Below are positions 9,129-18,685 of a DNA stretch of 64,000 nucleotides, piece after piece. Source of the DNA: Candidatus Binatia bacterium (GTDB lineage: Bacteria > Desulfobacterota > Binatia > UBA9968 > JAJDTQ01); NCBI GenBank assembly GCA_963666515.2, contig OY762897.2:1856001-1920000 (forward strand), given 5' to 3'. The translations under genes and the position numbers were made by a program. The notes under the pieces were generated by a model. The model saw only the letters and a program-made list of their open reading frames with translations. It ran no database searches and was not told where the DNA came from. Position 1 is the first letter of the stretch. Each line of letters opens with the position of its first letter.

Positions 9129-9727
9129 GCCGCGGCGCGGCCGCACCCCACTCCAGACTCTACCGAGGGCTGGCCAACGGCCTGACCCTGGCGCGCTTCG
9201 CCGCCCCGGTCCCCTTCATCTACCTCATGCTCGAAACGCACCGTGGGGCCTCCGGCGCCACCGGTGCCCTGCTGTTGCTGCTTTACCTCCTGACCGCGTT
9301 CTCCGACCTGCTGGACGGATACTTCGCCCGCAAGGCCGGAACCGCCAGCGCCAAGTGGGGACGGCTGGATGCACTGGCGGACGTGTGGTTCAACACGTCG
9401 GCGCTGCTGGCCGCAGCCTCGATCGGTCTCATGGGCTATTGGGTGCCGCTGGGCGTGGCCGCCCTCGCAGCGCAGTTCCTCTACCGGAACAGGAAGCCTC
9501 GCACTGGCACCCGGCCGCAACTCCTCGAAGACCTGCCCGGGAAAGCCGCGGGCGTCATCTACTATCTGCTCGTGGGAGCCATAGTTGCGGGAGTCTGGCT
9601 TGACCGCAACCGGGCACCCTACTGGCTCGGTTGGGCGGGGAATGCCGTTTTCGTTTACACGGCGCTGGTCTTCGTGCGGAACGCTTGGCGGAGAGCGGAC
9701 CCCACGCCGTCTTCGGTCCGGTCGTAG
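9125..9727 (+). CDS. CDP-alcohol phosphatidyltransferase family protein (probable CTG start)
   Basis: SDLLDGYFARK...GRLDALAD signature; ANGLTLARF lies upstream of first ATG (9227); CTG at 9125 overlaps the nbaC stop. Confidence 0.8.
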   Translation: MSRGAAAPHSRLYRGLANGLTLARFAAPVPFIYLMLETHRGASGATGALLLLLYLLTAFSDLLDGYFARKAGTASAKWGRLDALADVWFNTSALLAAASIGLMGYWVPLGVAALAAQFLYRNRKPRTGTRPQLLEDLPGKAAGVIYYLLVGAIVAGVWLDRNRAPYWLGWAGNAVFVYTALVFVRNAWRRADPTPSSVRS

Positions 9728-9761
9728 GCGAAGACTTTCGGGCACGATTTCCCGCCTCTGG

Positions 9762-11051
9762 TCACCCCGAACCGGGTGTCCGGTCCCCGGCGTAGAGCTT
9801 GAGCGGCATCAGACAGGCCGCCGACAGGAAGACGAAGATCCCTGCCAGGATGAACGCGGAACCGAGACCGTAGTGGTCCGCCAAGTACCCGGCGATGATC
9901 GGCGTCGGCAGCACGGCCACCTGGGCGATGACGGTGGTGAGCCCTTGGGACGAGGCCTGGACGTTGGCGCCGGAGACGTCCGAGATCACCGCTGTAAGCA
10001 CGTTCATCAGGGTGTAGAAGAAAGTGCCGATGACGATGATGACGAGGGTCAGGGCCGTCACGGGCGGAGCCACGGCGAGAAGCATGTACAAGGCGCCCAG
10101 CACGAACATGGATGGAACCAGCACCGGTTTGCGGCCGTAGCGATCGGACAGATAGCCCAGCGGCGTCTGGGAGAAGATCCCCACGACGTGAAGCAGAAAG
10201 ATGTACACGCCGAGGGCCTCCCCCGTGAAGTGAAGCTCCTCCACGAGATATACGGGCAGGAAAGACAGGATGACCACCCGGCCCATGGTAAGGAGGCCCC
10301 TGGACGCCGAGATGGCCACGAACGAGCCCTTCCGCAGCAACGACATCATTTCGCGGAAACGCGTGGTGCGGGACGGCGCTCTCGTGTCCTGCTTGAAGGC
10401 GCCGAGGAGACCGCGCAGAACGAGAAAGCCGAACAGCACTCCCGGCACGATGTGCCACCAAAGCACCCCCTCCCAGGGCAACGCGGCCACGAGCACCCCT
10501 TGCGCCAGCGGCGACAGGCTGTCGCTAACCGTGGCGCCGGTGCCGTGGACGGCCATGGCCGTGGCCCGGCGCTGCGGGAACTTGGAGGTGAGGGTGGCCG
10601 CCGCGGTGGGGTGCCAGAGTGCGGTACCGAAGCCGATGAGCACGCTCGCGGCGAAAGCCACCCAAAAACCGCCGCCGCTGCCGAACAGAAGATAGGCGAG
10701 ACCCATCGTGACCAACGACGAGGCCAGGATTGTGTCCCGATGCCGGTAGAGCGCATCTCCCAGCATGCCGGCAGGAAGATTCAAGGTGCCCTGTCCGAAC
10801 TGCCGGGCCGCCGCCAACGCCCCGTACTGAACCCCGCTGAGGCCCAGCCCCACCTTGATGAACGGCTGGGCCACCGTGAAAAGCTGCTGGAACCAGTGGA
10901 TCGCGATGTGCCCGCCGGTCACGACCCCCAGCAGGTGCACCCGATCCGGCCCCAGGTCCCGGGCCTCGGCCGCAAGACGCTGGGCGCCCGAGCGGATGAA
11001 CGAGGCTGGTCGCGAAGGTGTCACCGCCACCACTCGTCTTCCGTCTTGCAA
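9762..11051 (-). CDS. MFS transporter (Fsr-like)
   Basis: Multiple TM helices; GYLSDRYGRK motif; start position uncertain. Confidence 0.85.
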   Translation of the reverse strand: MQDGRRVVAVTPSRPASFIRSGAQRLAAEARDLGPDRVHLLGVVTGGHIAIHWFQQLFTVAQPFIKVGLGLSGVQYGALAAARQFGQGTLNLPAGMLGDALYRHRDTILASSLVTMGLAYLLFGSGGGFWVAFAASVLIGFGTALWHPTAAATLTSKFPQRRATAMAVHGTGATVSDSLSPLAQGVLVAALPWEGVLWWHIVPGVLFGFLVLRGLLGAFKQDTRAPSRTTRFREMMSLLRKGSFVAISASRGLLTMGRVVILSFLPVYLVEELHFTGEALGVYIFLLHVVGIFSQTPLGYLSDRYGRKPVLVPSMFVLGALYMLLAVAPPVTALTLVIIVIGTFFYTLMNVLTAVISDVSGANVQASSQGLTTVIAQVAVLPTPIIAGYLADHYGLGSAFILAGIFVFLSAACLMPLKLYAGDRTPGSG

Positions 11052-11073
11052 ACAGGGTCTTGTGAAGGGAAAC

Positions 11074-11484
11074 TCACCACTTCCACGGATTCAGCAACTC
11101 CACGCCGGTGGCGGCAAAGTCGGCCTCGTTGCGTGTGACGACGGTAAGGCGATACCGCAGCGCGGTAGCGGCGATCAAACCATCCACCGCGGGGATCCTT
11201 TCAGGGCGGGCCATGAGGCGGCCCCATGTGTCCGCCACGTCGGCATCGACCGGCAGGATGCGGTCTTCGGCCCACGCCGGCAATTCCGTTTCCAACCACG
11301 CGGTGAGCCGAGCCCGACGGCGGCCTTTCCCAAGCATCATGATGCCTTTTCGGATTTCGCCCATTGTCAGGACGCTTACGAACACGGATGCTTGCGGCGT
11401 CTCCAGAAACCACTGGGAGACTTGGGGCGACGGTCGCGACTTGAGCAGTTCCGACAGGGCACAGGTGTCGAGCAGGAAGCTCAC
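11074..11484 (-). CDS. vapC: PIN-domain toxin (VapC/FitB)
   Basis: FLLDTCALSE, DGLIAATA, VVTRNEADF. Confidence 0.92.
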   Translation of the reverse strand: MSFLLDTCALSELLKSRPSPQVSQWFLETPQASVFVSVLTMGEIRKGIMMLGKGRRRARLTAWLETELPAWAEDRILPVDADVADTWGRLMARPERIPAVDGLIAATALRYRLTVVTRNEADFAATGVELLNPWKW

Positions 11485-11729
11485 AGGTCGATATCGCGCG
11501 ACAACGACTTGTCCCGCTTGATGTCCAGGTCTACGCCCACTCGGGAAGACGCGCGCAGAAATTCGGCCGTCGAGGGCTGTGGTCGTTTCAGGCGGTCATA
11601 GTCGTCGGCAGAGAGCACGACCACCGCCCGTCGTCCACGCACCGTAATGGTCTGCGGACCTGACTCCGCATCGCGCACCAACTCGCTGAAACGCGCCTTG
11701 GCTTCCTGTACTTGCCAACTTTGAGTCAT
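11481..11729 (-). CDS. Phd/YefM family antitoxin
   Basis: WQVQEAKARFSELV...PQTITVRG; 4-nt overlap with toxin; SD AGGAGG. Confidence 0.9.
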   Translation of the reverse strand: MTQSWQVQEAKARFSELVRDAESGPQTITVRGRRAVVVLSADDYDRLKRPQPSTAEFLRASSRVGVDLDIKRDKSLSRDIDL

Positions 11730-11738
11730 GATTGCCTC

Positions 11739-11754
11739 CTGACCATTCTGACCA
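11739..11754. promoter_or_regulatory. Putative autoregulatory operator of the Phd-VapC module
   Basis: CTGACCA repeated directly with 9-bp period just upstream of the antitoxin SD. Confidence 0.4.
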
Positions 11755-11777
11755 GATAACACGCTGCATCCCAAGAC

Positions 11778-12746
11778 TCAAGGGTCATCTTCCCTCTCCC
11801 CTCGCGAGAACAGGTCCGTGTAGACCCGCGGCAGGAAGATCAGGCCGAAGGAGCCGTTGGCGAGCATGAACGTGAGGTGGGCCGCCAGGCTGTAGGCGAG
11901 CAGGTCGGCCTCGGCGGCGTAGCCGCCGAAGAAGAATATCCAGGCGGCCTGGGAGGTGCCGAGGTGGGCCACGGTGACGGGCAGCGCCGCCACCAGGTAG
12001 ACGATGGGCAGGAACGCCAGCAACGGCAGCACCGGGATCTCGATGCCGAAGAACGTGAGCGCCCGGGCATGGACCAGCAATGACAGGAAGAACACCGAGC
12101 CCTTGAGAACCAGAATCGCCAGGGCTTGGCGCAAACGCACCCTCCGGAACGTCGACAGGAGCACGTTGCCGCCCAGGCGCCGTCCCAACGCCCCGAGCCG
12201 GCCCCGGGCGATGCCGACGACCGCGAACCAGATCAGCGCCAGCAGCACCGGCAGCACGAAGAAGGCCGCCGGCGTCCCGCCCGGAAAGGCGGCCGAGCCC
12301 ACCGTGGCGAAGAAGAGCAGGTTGGTGGCCTCCAGCAGGATCAGCAGCACCACCGTGCTGGTGATCTCGCCCAGGGGGGTGCGGAAGCGGCGGTTCAGGT
12401 ACAGCGCCAGCGCCGCCTGGGCAAGCTGCGTGTTGATGATGGCGACGACGTAGGTGGACGCCCGCACCGGCAGCAGCTCCCGGTAGCGGATGGGTCCGTG
12501 GAACCAGCGGATCAGGGCGGTGAGCACCGCCGAGTCCGCCAGGAAGAAGCACAGCGAGAACGAGCCCATGACGGCGAAGAACGGCAGCAGGCGCGCGCCG
12601 GAGACGGCCTGCCAGAAGGCCTCGAAGGGAATGCGCCAGAAGATCACGCCGAAGATGACGATGGTCAGCACCGCCGGGACGAGGCGCGCCAGAACGCTCT
12701 GCTCCTTCGGCCGGGCCGTTGTTTCATGGGTCACGGAATCGTTCAC
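11778..12746 (-). CDS. Lysylphosphatidylglycerol synthase TM / flippase-like membrane protein
   Basis: About 8 TM helices; LPVTVAHLGTSQAAW resembles the LPG_synthase_TM C-terminal motif. Confidence 0.7.
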   Translation of the reverse strand: MNDSVTHETTARPKEQSVLARLVPAVLTIVIFGVIFWRIPFEAFWQAVSGARLLPFFAVMGSFSLCFFLADSAVLTALIRWFHGPIRYRELLPVRASTYVVAIINTQLAQAALALYLNRRFRTPLGEITSTVVLLILLEATNLLFFATVGSAAFPGGTPAAFFVLPVLLALIWFAVVGIARGRLGALGRRLGGNVLLSTFRRVRLRQALAILVLKGSVFFLSLLVHARALTFFGIEIPVLPLLAFLPIVYLVAALPVTVAHLGTSQAAWIFFFGGYAAEADLLAYSLAAHLTFMLANGSFGLIFLPRVYTDLFSRGEREDDP

Positions 12747-13768
12747 GTTCCTCGTCCGCGGCCGCTCGCCAGCCTGTGATCATGTGCCGACAGTTCATCC
12801 AGGAGGTCGTCCACCGGGGTCAACGGAAACGGCAGGAGCCCGCGCGTCTCCGCGGCGTCTCCGAGATGCTCGTTGAACAGCGTGTCGAAGAGGGTCCGGT
12901 TCCAGCCCCACCCCAGCCGTCCGCCCATGACCGCCGCGGCCTCGGCCAGCCAGCCGGGCACGCCCACGACCAGCGGACGCCGGTCCATGCGCGCCGCGGC
13001 CCGGCGCAGCAGCTCGACATACGTCAAGGTATCGGGACCCACCAGGTCCAGGACGTGGACCGGCGCGGGCTCCACCGCGAGCGCCCATCGGATGGCGCGG
13101 GTCACGTCCGCCAGCGCCACCGGCTGGATGCGCACCCTGCCTCCGCGCACCAGCGGCGCCACCTTCCTCCCGGCCAAGTGGAAAAGGGTGCGCGCGGAAG
13201 GCGTCCCGGCGCCCAGCACCATGGGCACGCGGAACACCACCGTCTCGAACCCGGCCCGGCGTATGGCCGATTCGGCAAGGGCCTTGGAACGCAGGTACTC
13301 GTTGGGCGATTCCAGCGAGGCGTCCGGCGCGCTCAGGTAGACGAACCTGCGCACCTCCGCGGCCTTGGCCGCGGACACCACGCTCCGGGTGGCGCCGGTG
13401 TTGGCGTCGTGGAGCCGTTCTCCGGTGCGGGGCTGCAGCGCGCCCGCCAGGTGCGCCACCGCGGCAGCGCCCTGAAACGCTTCCGCCAAGGTTTCGGGAT
13501 CGCCGTAATCGACCTGCCTGACTTCGACCGGGAAGCCGTCAATGACGGCGGCCTGCGCCGGGCCCCTCACCAGGGCGCGCACACGTCGGGTCGCGGGATC
13601 GGCGTTTTCCACCAGGCTGCGGAGCAACGCGGTCCCCACCACCCCATTGGCGCCGGTGATGACGATGTCGGACCCTCCGCCGCCTTCCCTGGATTCCGGC
13701 CCCCGATCGGAGTCGAGGACATGCTCTCGCCGGACTGACGGGTCCGGGCGTCGGCTGGCCGTTTGCAT
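12743..13768 (-). CDS. NAD-dependent epimerase/dehydratase (NDUFA9-like atypical SDR)
   Basis: ITGANGVVG, YLRSK, IQPVALADV; true start may lie downstream. Confidence 0.85.
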   Translation of the reverse strand: MQTASRRPDPSVRREHVLDSDRGPESREGGGGSDIVITGANGVVGTALLRSLVENADPATRRVRALVRGPAQAAVIDGFPVEVRQVDYGDPETLAEAFQGAAAVAHLAGALQPRTGERLHDANTGATRSVVSAAKAAEVRRFVYLSAPDASLESPNEYLRSKALAESAIRRAGFETVVFRVPMVLGAGTPSARTLFHLAGRKVAPLVRGGRVRIQPVALADVTRAIRWALAVEPAPVHVLDLVGPDTLTYVELLRRAAARMDRRPLVVGVPGWLAEAAAVMGGRLGWGWNRTLFDTLFNEHLGDAAETRGLLPFPLTPVDDLLDELSAHDHRLASGRGRGT

Positions 13769-13811
13769 GGAGTGACGATGATGACGCGAATCCTGCCGAT
13801 GACGCCGGACG

Positions 13812-15050
13812 TCAGCTCAGCATCCGGTGCGTGGGCGCCAGCAGCTTCTCCACCGGCAGCCCGTGGGTGCACGAACCCGCGCAGTCCTGGGTCGGACAGG
13901 TTAGGCACGCCGCGGCGCCCTCCCCGAGCAGCGCGTACTCGCTCCGGGCCAGCTTCTCGTCCTGGTAGTCCCGGGCGTACATGCGGGTCCTGAGCACGTC
14001 GGCGATGGGGACGCCGTAGGGACAGGCGTTCTCGCAGTCGTTGCAGGCGTGGCGGCAGTAGGAGGCGCCGTTCATGCGCGCGTAGCCCTTGAGCAGCTCG
14101 AAGTCGCCGCGCGCCGCGGTGGTCCAGCCCGAGGCGCCCAGGTATTCCCGGATCGACCCCGAATCGGTCATGGAGATGACCAGCGCGTGCACCTGTGGAT
14201 TGGACAGCACCCAGCGGAACGCCGCCTGGGCATAGGTAGCGCCGTCCTTCTCGAACGGCCGCATGTCGTTCAGGCGGGCGCCCATGAGGGTCTTCATGGC
14301 GACCACGCCCACGTTCTTCGTCTTGGCCTTGTCGAGCACCCGCGGGAGGTCGGGCTGACGCGCGATGAAGTCGAAGCCCTGGGTGAAACGTTCGTAGAAC
14401 TTCGGATCCTGGCCGAAGTTATAGGCAACCAGGATCACGTCCACCATGTCCCGGTCCAGCGCATAGTCCAGGCACTGGATGAGCCGGCCGGCGTGGCCCG
14501 ACATGCCCGAGAAGCGGATCTTCCCCTGCCGCCTGGCTTGGGCGATGAACTCGTGCCACTCGGGGTTCTCCAGCCGGCCCACGCTGTTGACCGCGTGGGT
14601 GAAGTAGACGTCCACGTAGTCGGTCCGCAAGCGCCTCAGGCTGGCCTCCAGCGAGCGCATCATCGAATCCCGGGTCTCGCTTGCGCTGGTGTGGGTCTTG
14701 GAGGCGATGAAGACCTTGTCCCGCCTGCCCCGGAGCGCGTTGCCGATGGTGATCTCGGAATCGCCGCCGCGGTAGCTCTCGGCCGTGTCGAAGTAGTTGA
14801 TGCCGCGGTCCAGGGCATCCAGCACGAGGTTTTCCTCCCCTGCATCGAGACGGCTGGAGCCGAAAGAAATGTCGGAGATCCTGAACCCGGTGCGGCCCAG
14901 GGTGACGTAGCGTTTGACTTCAGCCCGGGTTGCCGCCTGTGCCGTGCCAGCCCCCGTGAGAGGCAGCAGACCGGCGGCCACTCCCGCCATGGCGCCCCGG
15001 CGCAACAACTCCCGGCGGCCCAGCTTCTCACCGTCGTCGGACTTTTTCAT
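13812..15050 (-). CDS. Aldo/keto reductase with Tat-like signal and C-terminal 4Fe-4S domain
   Basis: GRRELL + hydrophobic stretch + AQA; GINYFDTAESY, VVAMKTL; CRHACNDCENACP and CLTCPTQDCAGSC. Confidence 0.88.
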   Translation of the reverse strand: MKKSDDGEKLGRRELLRRGAMAGVAAGLLPLTGAGTAQAATRAEVKRYVTLGRTGFRISDISFGSSRLDAGEENLVLDALDRGINYFDTAESYRGGDSEITIGNALRGRRDKVFIASKTHTSASETRDSMMRSLEASLRRLRTDYVDVYFTHAVNSVGRLENPEWHEFIAQARRQGKIRFSGMSGHAGRLIQCLDYALDRDMVDVILVAYNFGQDPKFYERFTQGFDFIARQPDLPRVLDKAKTKNVGVVAMKTLMGARLNDMRPFEKDGATYAQAAFRWVLSNPQVHALVISMTDSGSIREYLGASGWTTAARGDFELLKGYARMNGASYCRHACNDCENACPYGVPIADVLRTRMYARDYQDEKLARSEYALLGEGAAACLTCPTQDCAGSCTHGLPVEKLLAPTHRMLS

Positions 15051-15147
15051 GGCGTCTCCTCGGTCCATGCGAGAGAAGGCCTACGTACGCCCGTGCTCTA
15101 CGTTCAGTACACCGGAAAGGAGATGAAATGTCCAACGGAACGGCCCC

Positions 15148-15891
15148 TCACTCCCCCGCCACGCCCACCAACGAGTTCAGCAGCGGCTCGTCGGCTGCGA
15201 GGGCGGCGCTGGGGCCGTCGTAGACGATGCGGCCGCGGTTCATGACCACGGTGCGCTCGGAGAACTCCAGGGCGATGCCGGTGTGTTGCTCCACCAGGAT
15301 GATGGTGAGCCCTTCCTGGGAACGTAGCGTGTGCATAGCCTCCACCAGTTGCTCGATGATGACCGGCGCAAGCCCCTCGGTGGGCTCGTCCATGAGCAGT
15401 ACCGACGGATTGCACACCAACGCCCGGGCGATGGCGAGCATCTGCTGTTCGCCGCCGGAGAGCTGGTTTCCCTTGTGGTGCCGGCGCGCCGCCAGTTGCG
15501 GGAACAGCTCGAAGACCCGCTCGAAGGTCCAACCGCCGGCCCGGCGCGCCACCGCCAGGTTCTCGTGCAGGCTCAGCGAGGGAAACACTTCGCGTTCCTG
15601 GGGGACGTGCCCCAGGCCGGCGCGCACACGGTCGTAGGTCCGCGCATTGGAAATGTCGCGGCCCGCCAGCTCGATGCGTCCGGAGTGGAGCGTGGTGTAG
15701 CCCATCACCGTTCCCAGTAACGTGGTCTTGCCGACGCCGTTGCGGCCGATGATGCTCAGGCGCTCGCCGCGGCCGAGGGTCAGGTCGACGTCCTCCAGCA
15801 CCACGGTCCTGCCGTAGCCGGCGCTGACGCCGGCAAGGCCCAATGCCGTGGTCAGAGTTGCGTCCGGCGCCTCGTTCGCGGCTGCGCTCAA
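15148..15891 (-). CDS. livF: Branched-chain amino acid-type ABC transporter ATPase
   Basis: GRNGVGKTT, LSGGEQQM, LMDEPTEGLAP. Confidence 0.9.
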   Translation of the reverse strand: MSAAANEAPDATLTTALGLAGVSAGYGRTVVLEDVDLTLGRGERLSIIGRNGVGKTTLLGTVMGYTTLHSGRIELAGRDISNARTYDRVRAGLGHVPQEREVFPSLSLHENLAVARRAGGWTFERVFELFPQLAARRHHKGNQLSGGEQQMLAIARALVCNPSVLLMDEPTEGLAPVIIEQLVEAMHTLRSQEGLTIILVEQHTGIALEFSERTVVMNRGRIVYDGPSAALAADEPLLNSLVGVAGE

Positions 15892-16670
15892 CGTTTCCCT
15901 CCGTGAAGCTCGGCGTTCTCGCCCAGGTAGACTTCCTGCACCCTGGGGTCGGCGCCCACTTCCGCGGGAGCGCCCTCGGTGAGGATCGCGCCCGACACCA
16001 GCACCGTGACCCTCCGGGCGAAGCGGAACACGATGTCCATGTCGTGCTCGATCATCAGGATCGCCATGGACTCGGGAAGCCCCTCCACCGCCTCCAGCAG
16101 CACGTGGCTTTCAGCGGAAGGGACACCCGCGGCGGGCTCATCCAGCAGCAACACGGTAGGGCGAAGGCCCAGCGCGATGGCCAACTCCACCAAGCGCTGC
16201 CGGCCGTAGGGAAGCTCGCGCACCAGTTGCCGCGCATCGCCGTCGAGCTTCACGGATTCGAGCAGTTCCATGCCTTCGGCTATGACGTCGGCACGGGCGT
16301 CCGCGCGCCGCCACAATCTCGCCGAAAGGGCGCGCCGCTCGCTGACGGCCATGCACACGTTCTCCAGCACGCTCAAGCCGCGGAACAGCGTATTGATCTG
16401 GAAGGTGCGGGCCAGCCCGTGCTTGACCCTGCGAGCTTGGGACCAGTGCGTGACATCTTCACCGCCCAACAGGATGGCGCCGCCGGACGGCTCGACGGTG
16501 CCGGTGATGAGGTTCACCAGGGTCGTCTTGCCGGCGCCGTTGGGGCCGATGAGCGCGTGTCTGGCGCCCGGCCGCAACGCCATGGACACCCGGTCCGCCA
16601 CCACCAGGGCGCCGAAGCTCTTGCACAGGTCCCGGACCTCCAACAGAGGGACGTTCTGATCCATCCTCAT
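15888..16670 (-). CDS. livG: Branched-chain amino acid-type ABC transporter ATPase
   Basis: GPNGAGKTT, LPYGRQR, LLDEPAAG, IEHDM. Confidence 0.9.
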   Translation of the reverse strand: MRMDQNVPLLEVRDLCKSFGALVVADRVSMALRPGARHALIGPNGAGKTTLVNLITGTVEPSGGAILLGGEDVTHWSQARRVKHGLARTFQINTLFRGLSVLENVCMAVSERRALSARLWRRADARADVIAEGMELLESVKLDGDARQLVRELPYGRQRLVELAIALGLRPTVLLLDEPAAGVPSAESHVLLEAVEGLPESMAILMIEHDMDIVFRFARRVTVLVSGAILTEGAPAEVGADPRVQEVYLGENAELHGGKR

Positions 16671-16671
16671 G

Positions 16672-16716
16672 GCGTCCTTCGACAAGCTCAGGACTCGCTA
16701 CGCTCAGGACGACCGG
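16672..16716. repeat. REP-like element family B (CCTTCGAC...CGCTCAGG)
   Basis: GCGTCCTTCGACAAGCTCAGGACTCGCTACGCTCAGGACGACCGG; related copy at 43242. Confidence 0.65.
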
Positions 16717-17701
16717 AAGAAGTATCCTCACGGACAAGCCACGCGCGGCAGCGCTCCGCCAGTCCCAGCATGCCCTCCGGGGCGTACAGGATGGTCGCCA
16801 CCAGCAGAGCGCCGATGCCGAACAGCCAGTACTCGGGGCTGAGCTTGGCGAGCTGGTCCTGCAGGATCATGTACACCGGCGCGCCGATGAACGCGCCGTA
16901 GAGACGGCCGGTGCCGCCCAGGATCAGCATGATCATCACGTCGCCGGAGCGTTCGAAGCTGAGCACGTCCAGCGCCACGAACTCGGTGGTCTGAGCCAGC
17001 AGGGCGCCGGCGATGCCCGCCATGACCGCGGCGATGGTGTAGATGCGCAGCATCTGGCGGTACACCGGGCAGCCGATGGCGTGCATGCGCCGCTCGTTCT
17101 CCCGGATGCCCCTGAGCGACTGGCCGAAGGAGGAATTCACGATGGTGCGGGCGGCGAGGAACACCACGAACAGCACGGCCAGCGCGTACAGGTACGCGGT
17201 CTGGCCGTACAGATCGAACTCGAACATGCCCAGCAACGGCTCCATCACCACGCCCGTCAAGCCGTCGTCGCCGCCGGTCCAGTGCTCCTGCTCGTTGGCG
17301 AGTTCCTGGAGCAGGATGGTGACCGCCAGCGTGAGCATCAGCAGGGTGAGCCCGCGGGTGTAGAGGATCACGGCGCCGCACACGAAGCCCACCGCGCCCG
17401 CCACCAGGCCCGCGATCAGCAACCCGCTCAAGGGCTCGCTCCAGCCCAGATGGGCCGACAGGATGCCGGCGGTGTACGCCCCGGTGCCGAACAGCGCCGC
17501 GTGTCCCAGCGACACGATGCCGGCATAGCCCAGGATCATATCCAGGGACAGGGCGAAGAGCACCATGATGAGTATCTGGGAGCCGAGTTGCAGATAGTCC
17601 GGGAACAGGAAGAACCCCGCGCCCGCGGCCAGCCAGGGCAGCAGTTCCGCGGGACGGATGGCTGCGGTTCGAAGCGGGTTGCGGTGCGCCGGTTGTTCCA
17701 T
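16688..17701 (-). CDS. livM: Branched-chain amino acid-type ABC permease
   Basis: GYAGIVSLGHA, TGGDDGLTG, GIRENERR, ILGGTG. Confidence 0.9.
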   Translation of the reverse strand: MEQPAHRNPLRTAAIRPAELLPWLAAGAGFFLFPDYLQLGSQILIMVLFALSLDMILGYAGIVSLGHAALFGTGAYTAGILSAHLGWSEPLSGLLIAGLVAGAVGFVCGAVILYTRGLTLLMLTLAVTILLQELANEQEHWTGGDDGLTGVVMEPLLGMFEFDLYGQTAYLYALAVLFVVFLAARTIVNSSFGQSLRGIRENERRMHAIGCPVYRQMLRIYTIAAVMAGIAGALLAQTTEFVALDVLSFERSGDVMIMLILGGTGRLYGAFIGAPVYMILQDQLAKLSPEYWLFGIGALLVATILYAPEGMLGLAERCRAWLVREDTSSGRPERSES

Positions 17702-17736
17702 GTGAACGCGTTGTCCCGCACGGTGCGGCGGAAACC

Positions 17737-18597
17737 CTATCGGGCGTAGAAACCTTGCGGCCGCCACAGCAGCAGGATGATGGTCACCGCGAAAATGAAG
17801 AAGGCGCCGAAAGCGGGCAGATAGTACTTGCCCGCGGTGTCCACGATTCCGAGGATCAGCGACGCGGCGAAAGCCCCCCGCAGGCTTCCGAGGCCGCCCA
17901 CGGCCACCACGATGAGGAAGTAGACGAGGTATTCCAGCGCGTAGGTAGGGGTCAGCCCGAGAATCTCCGTGCCCAGCGCCCCTCCCAGCGCCGCCAAACC
18001 GCTCCCGAGGGCAAAGGTCAGCGTGAACAGCCGCCGGATGTTGATGCCGACGGTTTCGGCCATGCGCTGGTTGTCCACCGCGGCGCGCACCTTGGCCCCC
18101 AGCAACGTGCGCTCGAATCCGTACCAGAGGCCGATGATGGTTACGAAGCTCACCAGGATGATGAACGTGCGGTAGGTGGGGAAGCGCCGGAAACCCAGGT
18201 CTACCTGCCCCTTGAGATAGAGCGGGACGTCGAGCTGAACGTTCAGCGGACCCCACAGGAAGGTGCACACGGCGATGCCCATGAACACCAGGCCGATGGT
18301 CAGGAGGACCTGCTGCAGCTCGTCGGCGCCATAGAGGCGGCGGTACAGAAGGCGCTCCAGCACGATGCTTACCAGCGCCACGGCGACGCAGGCCAATGGC
18401 GCTCCGAGCAGAAACGGCACTCCCATATCACGGACGAAGGACACCGCGATGTACCCGCCGAGCATGGCGAACATGCCGTGGGCCAGATTCACGAACCCCA
18501 TGAGCCCCATGGTCACGGACAGGCCCACCGAGATGATGAACAGGATCATTGCGAACGCGAGGCCGTCGAACGCAATGCTGACGAGGGAGTTGATCAC
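17737..18597 (-). CDS. livH: Branched-chain amino acid-type ABC permease
   Basis: GLMGFVNLAHG, VRAAVDN, VAVGGLGS. Confidence 0.9.
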   Translation of the reverse strand: MINSLVSIAFDGLAFAMILFIISVGLSVTMGLMGFVNLAHGMFAMLGGYIAVSFVRDMGVPFLLGAPLACVAVALVSIVLERLLYRRLYGADELQQVLLTIGLVFMGIAVCTFLWGPLNVQLDVPLYLKGQVDLGFRRFPTYRTFIILVSFVTIIGLWYGFERTLLGAKVRAAVDNQRMAETVGINIRRLFTLTFALGSGLAALGGALGTEILGLTPTYALEYLVYFLIVVAVGGLGSLRGAFAASLILGIVDTAGKYYLPAFGAFFIFAVTIILLLWRPQGFYAR

Positions 18598-18620
18598 GGA
18601 GAACGACTTGTCAATGCGGG

Positions 18621-18651
18621 CGCGCCACCCCGTGCCTTACGGGGCGGCGCG
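18621..18651 (-). terminator. Stem-loop between SBP and permease genes (mRNA stabiliser or partial terminator)
   Basis: CGCGCCGCCCCGT-AAGGC-ACGGGGTGGCGCG on the minus strand; 13-bp stem with one G-U pair. Confidence 0.6.
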
Positions 18652-18685
18652 GTCTCTCTTCGAGGCTGGTTGCAACAAACAACAG

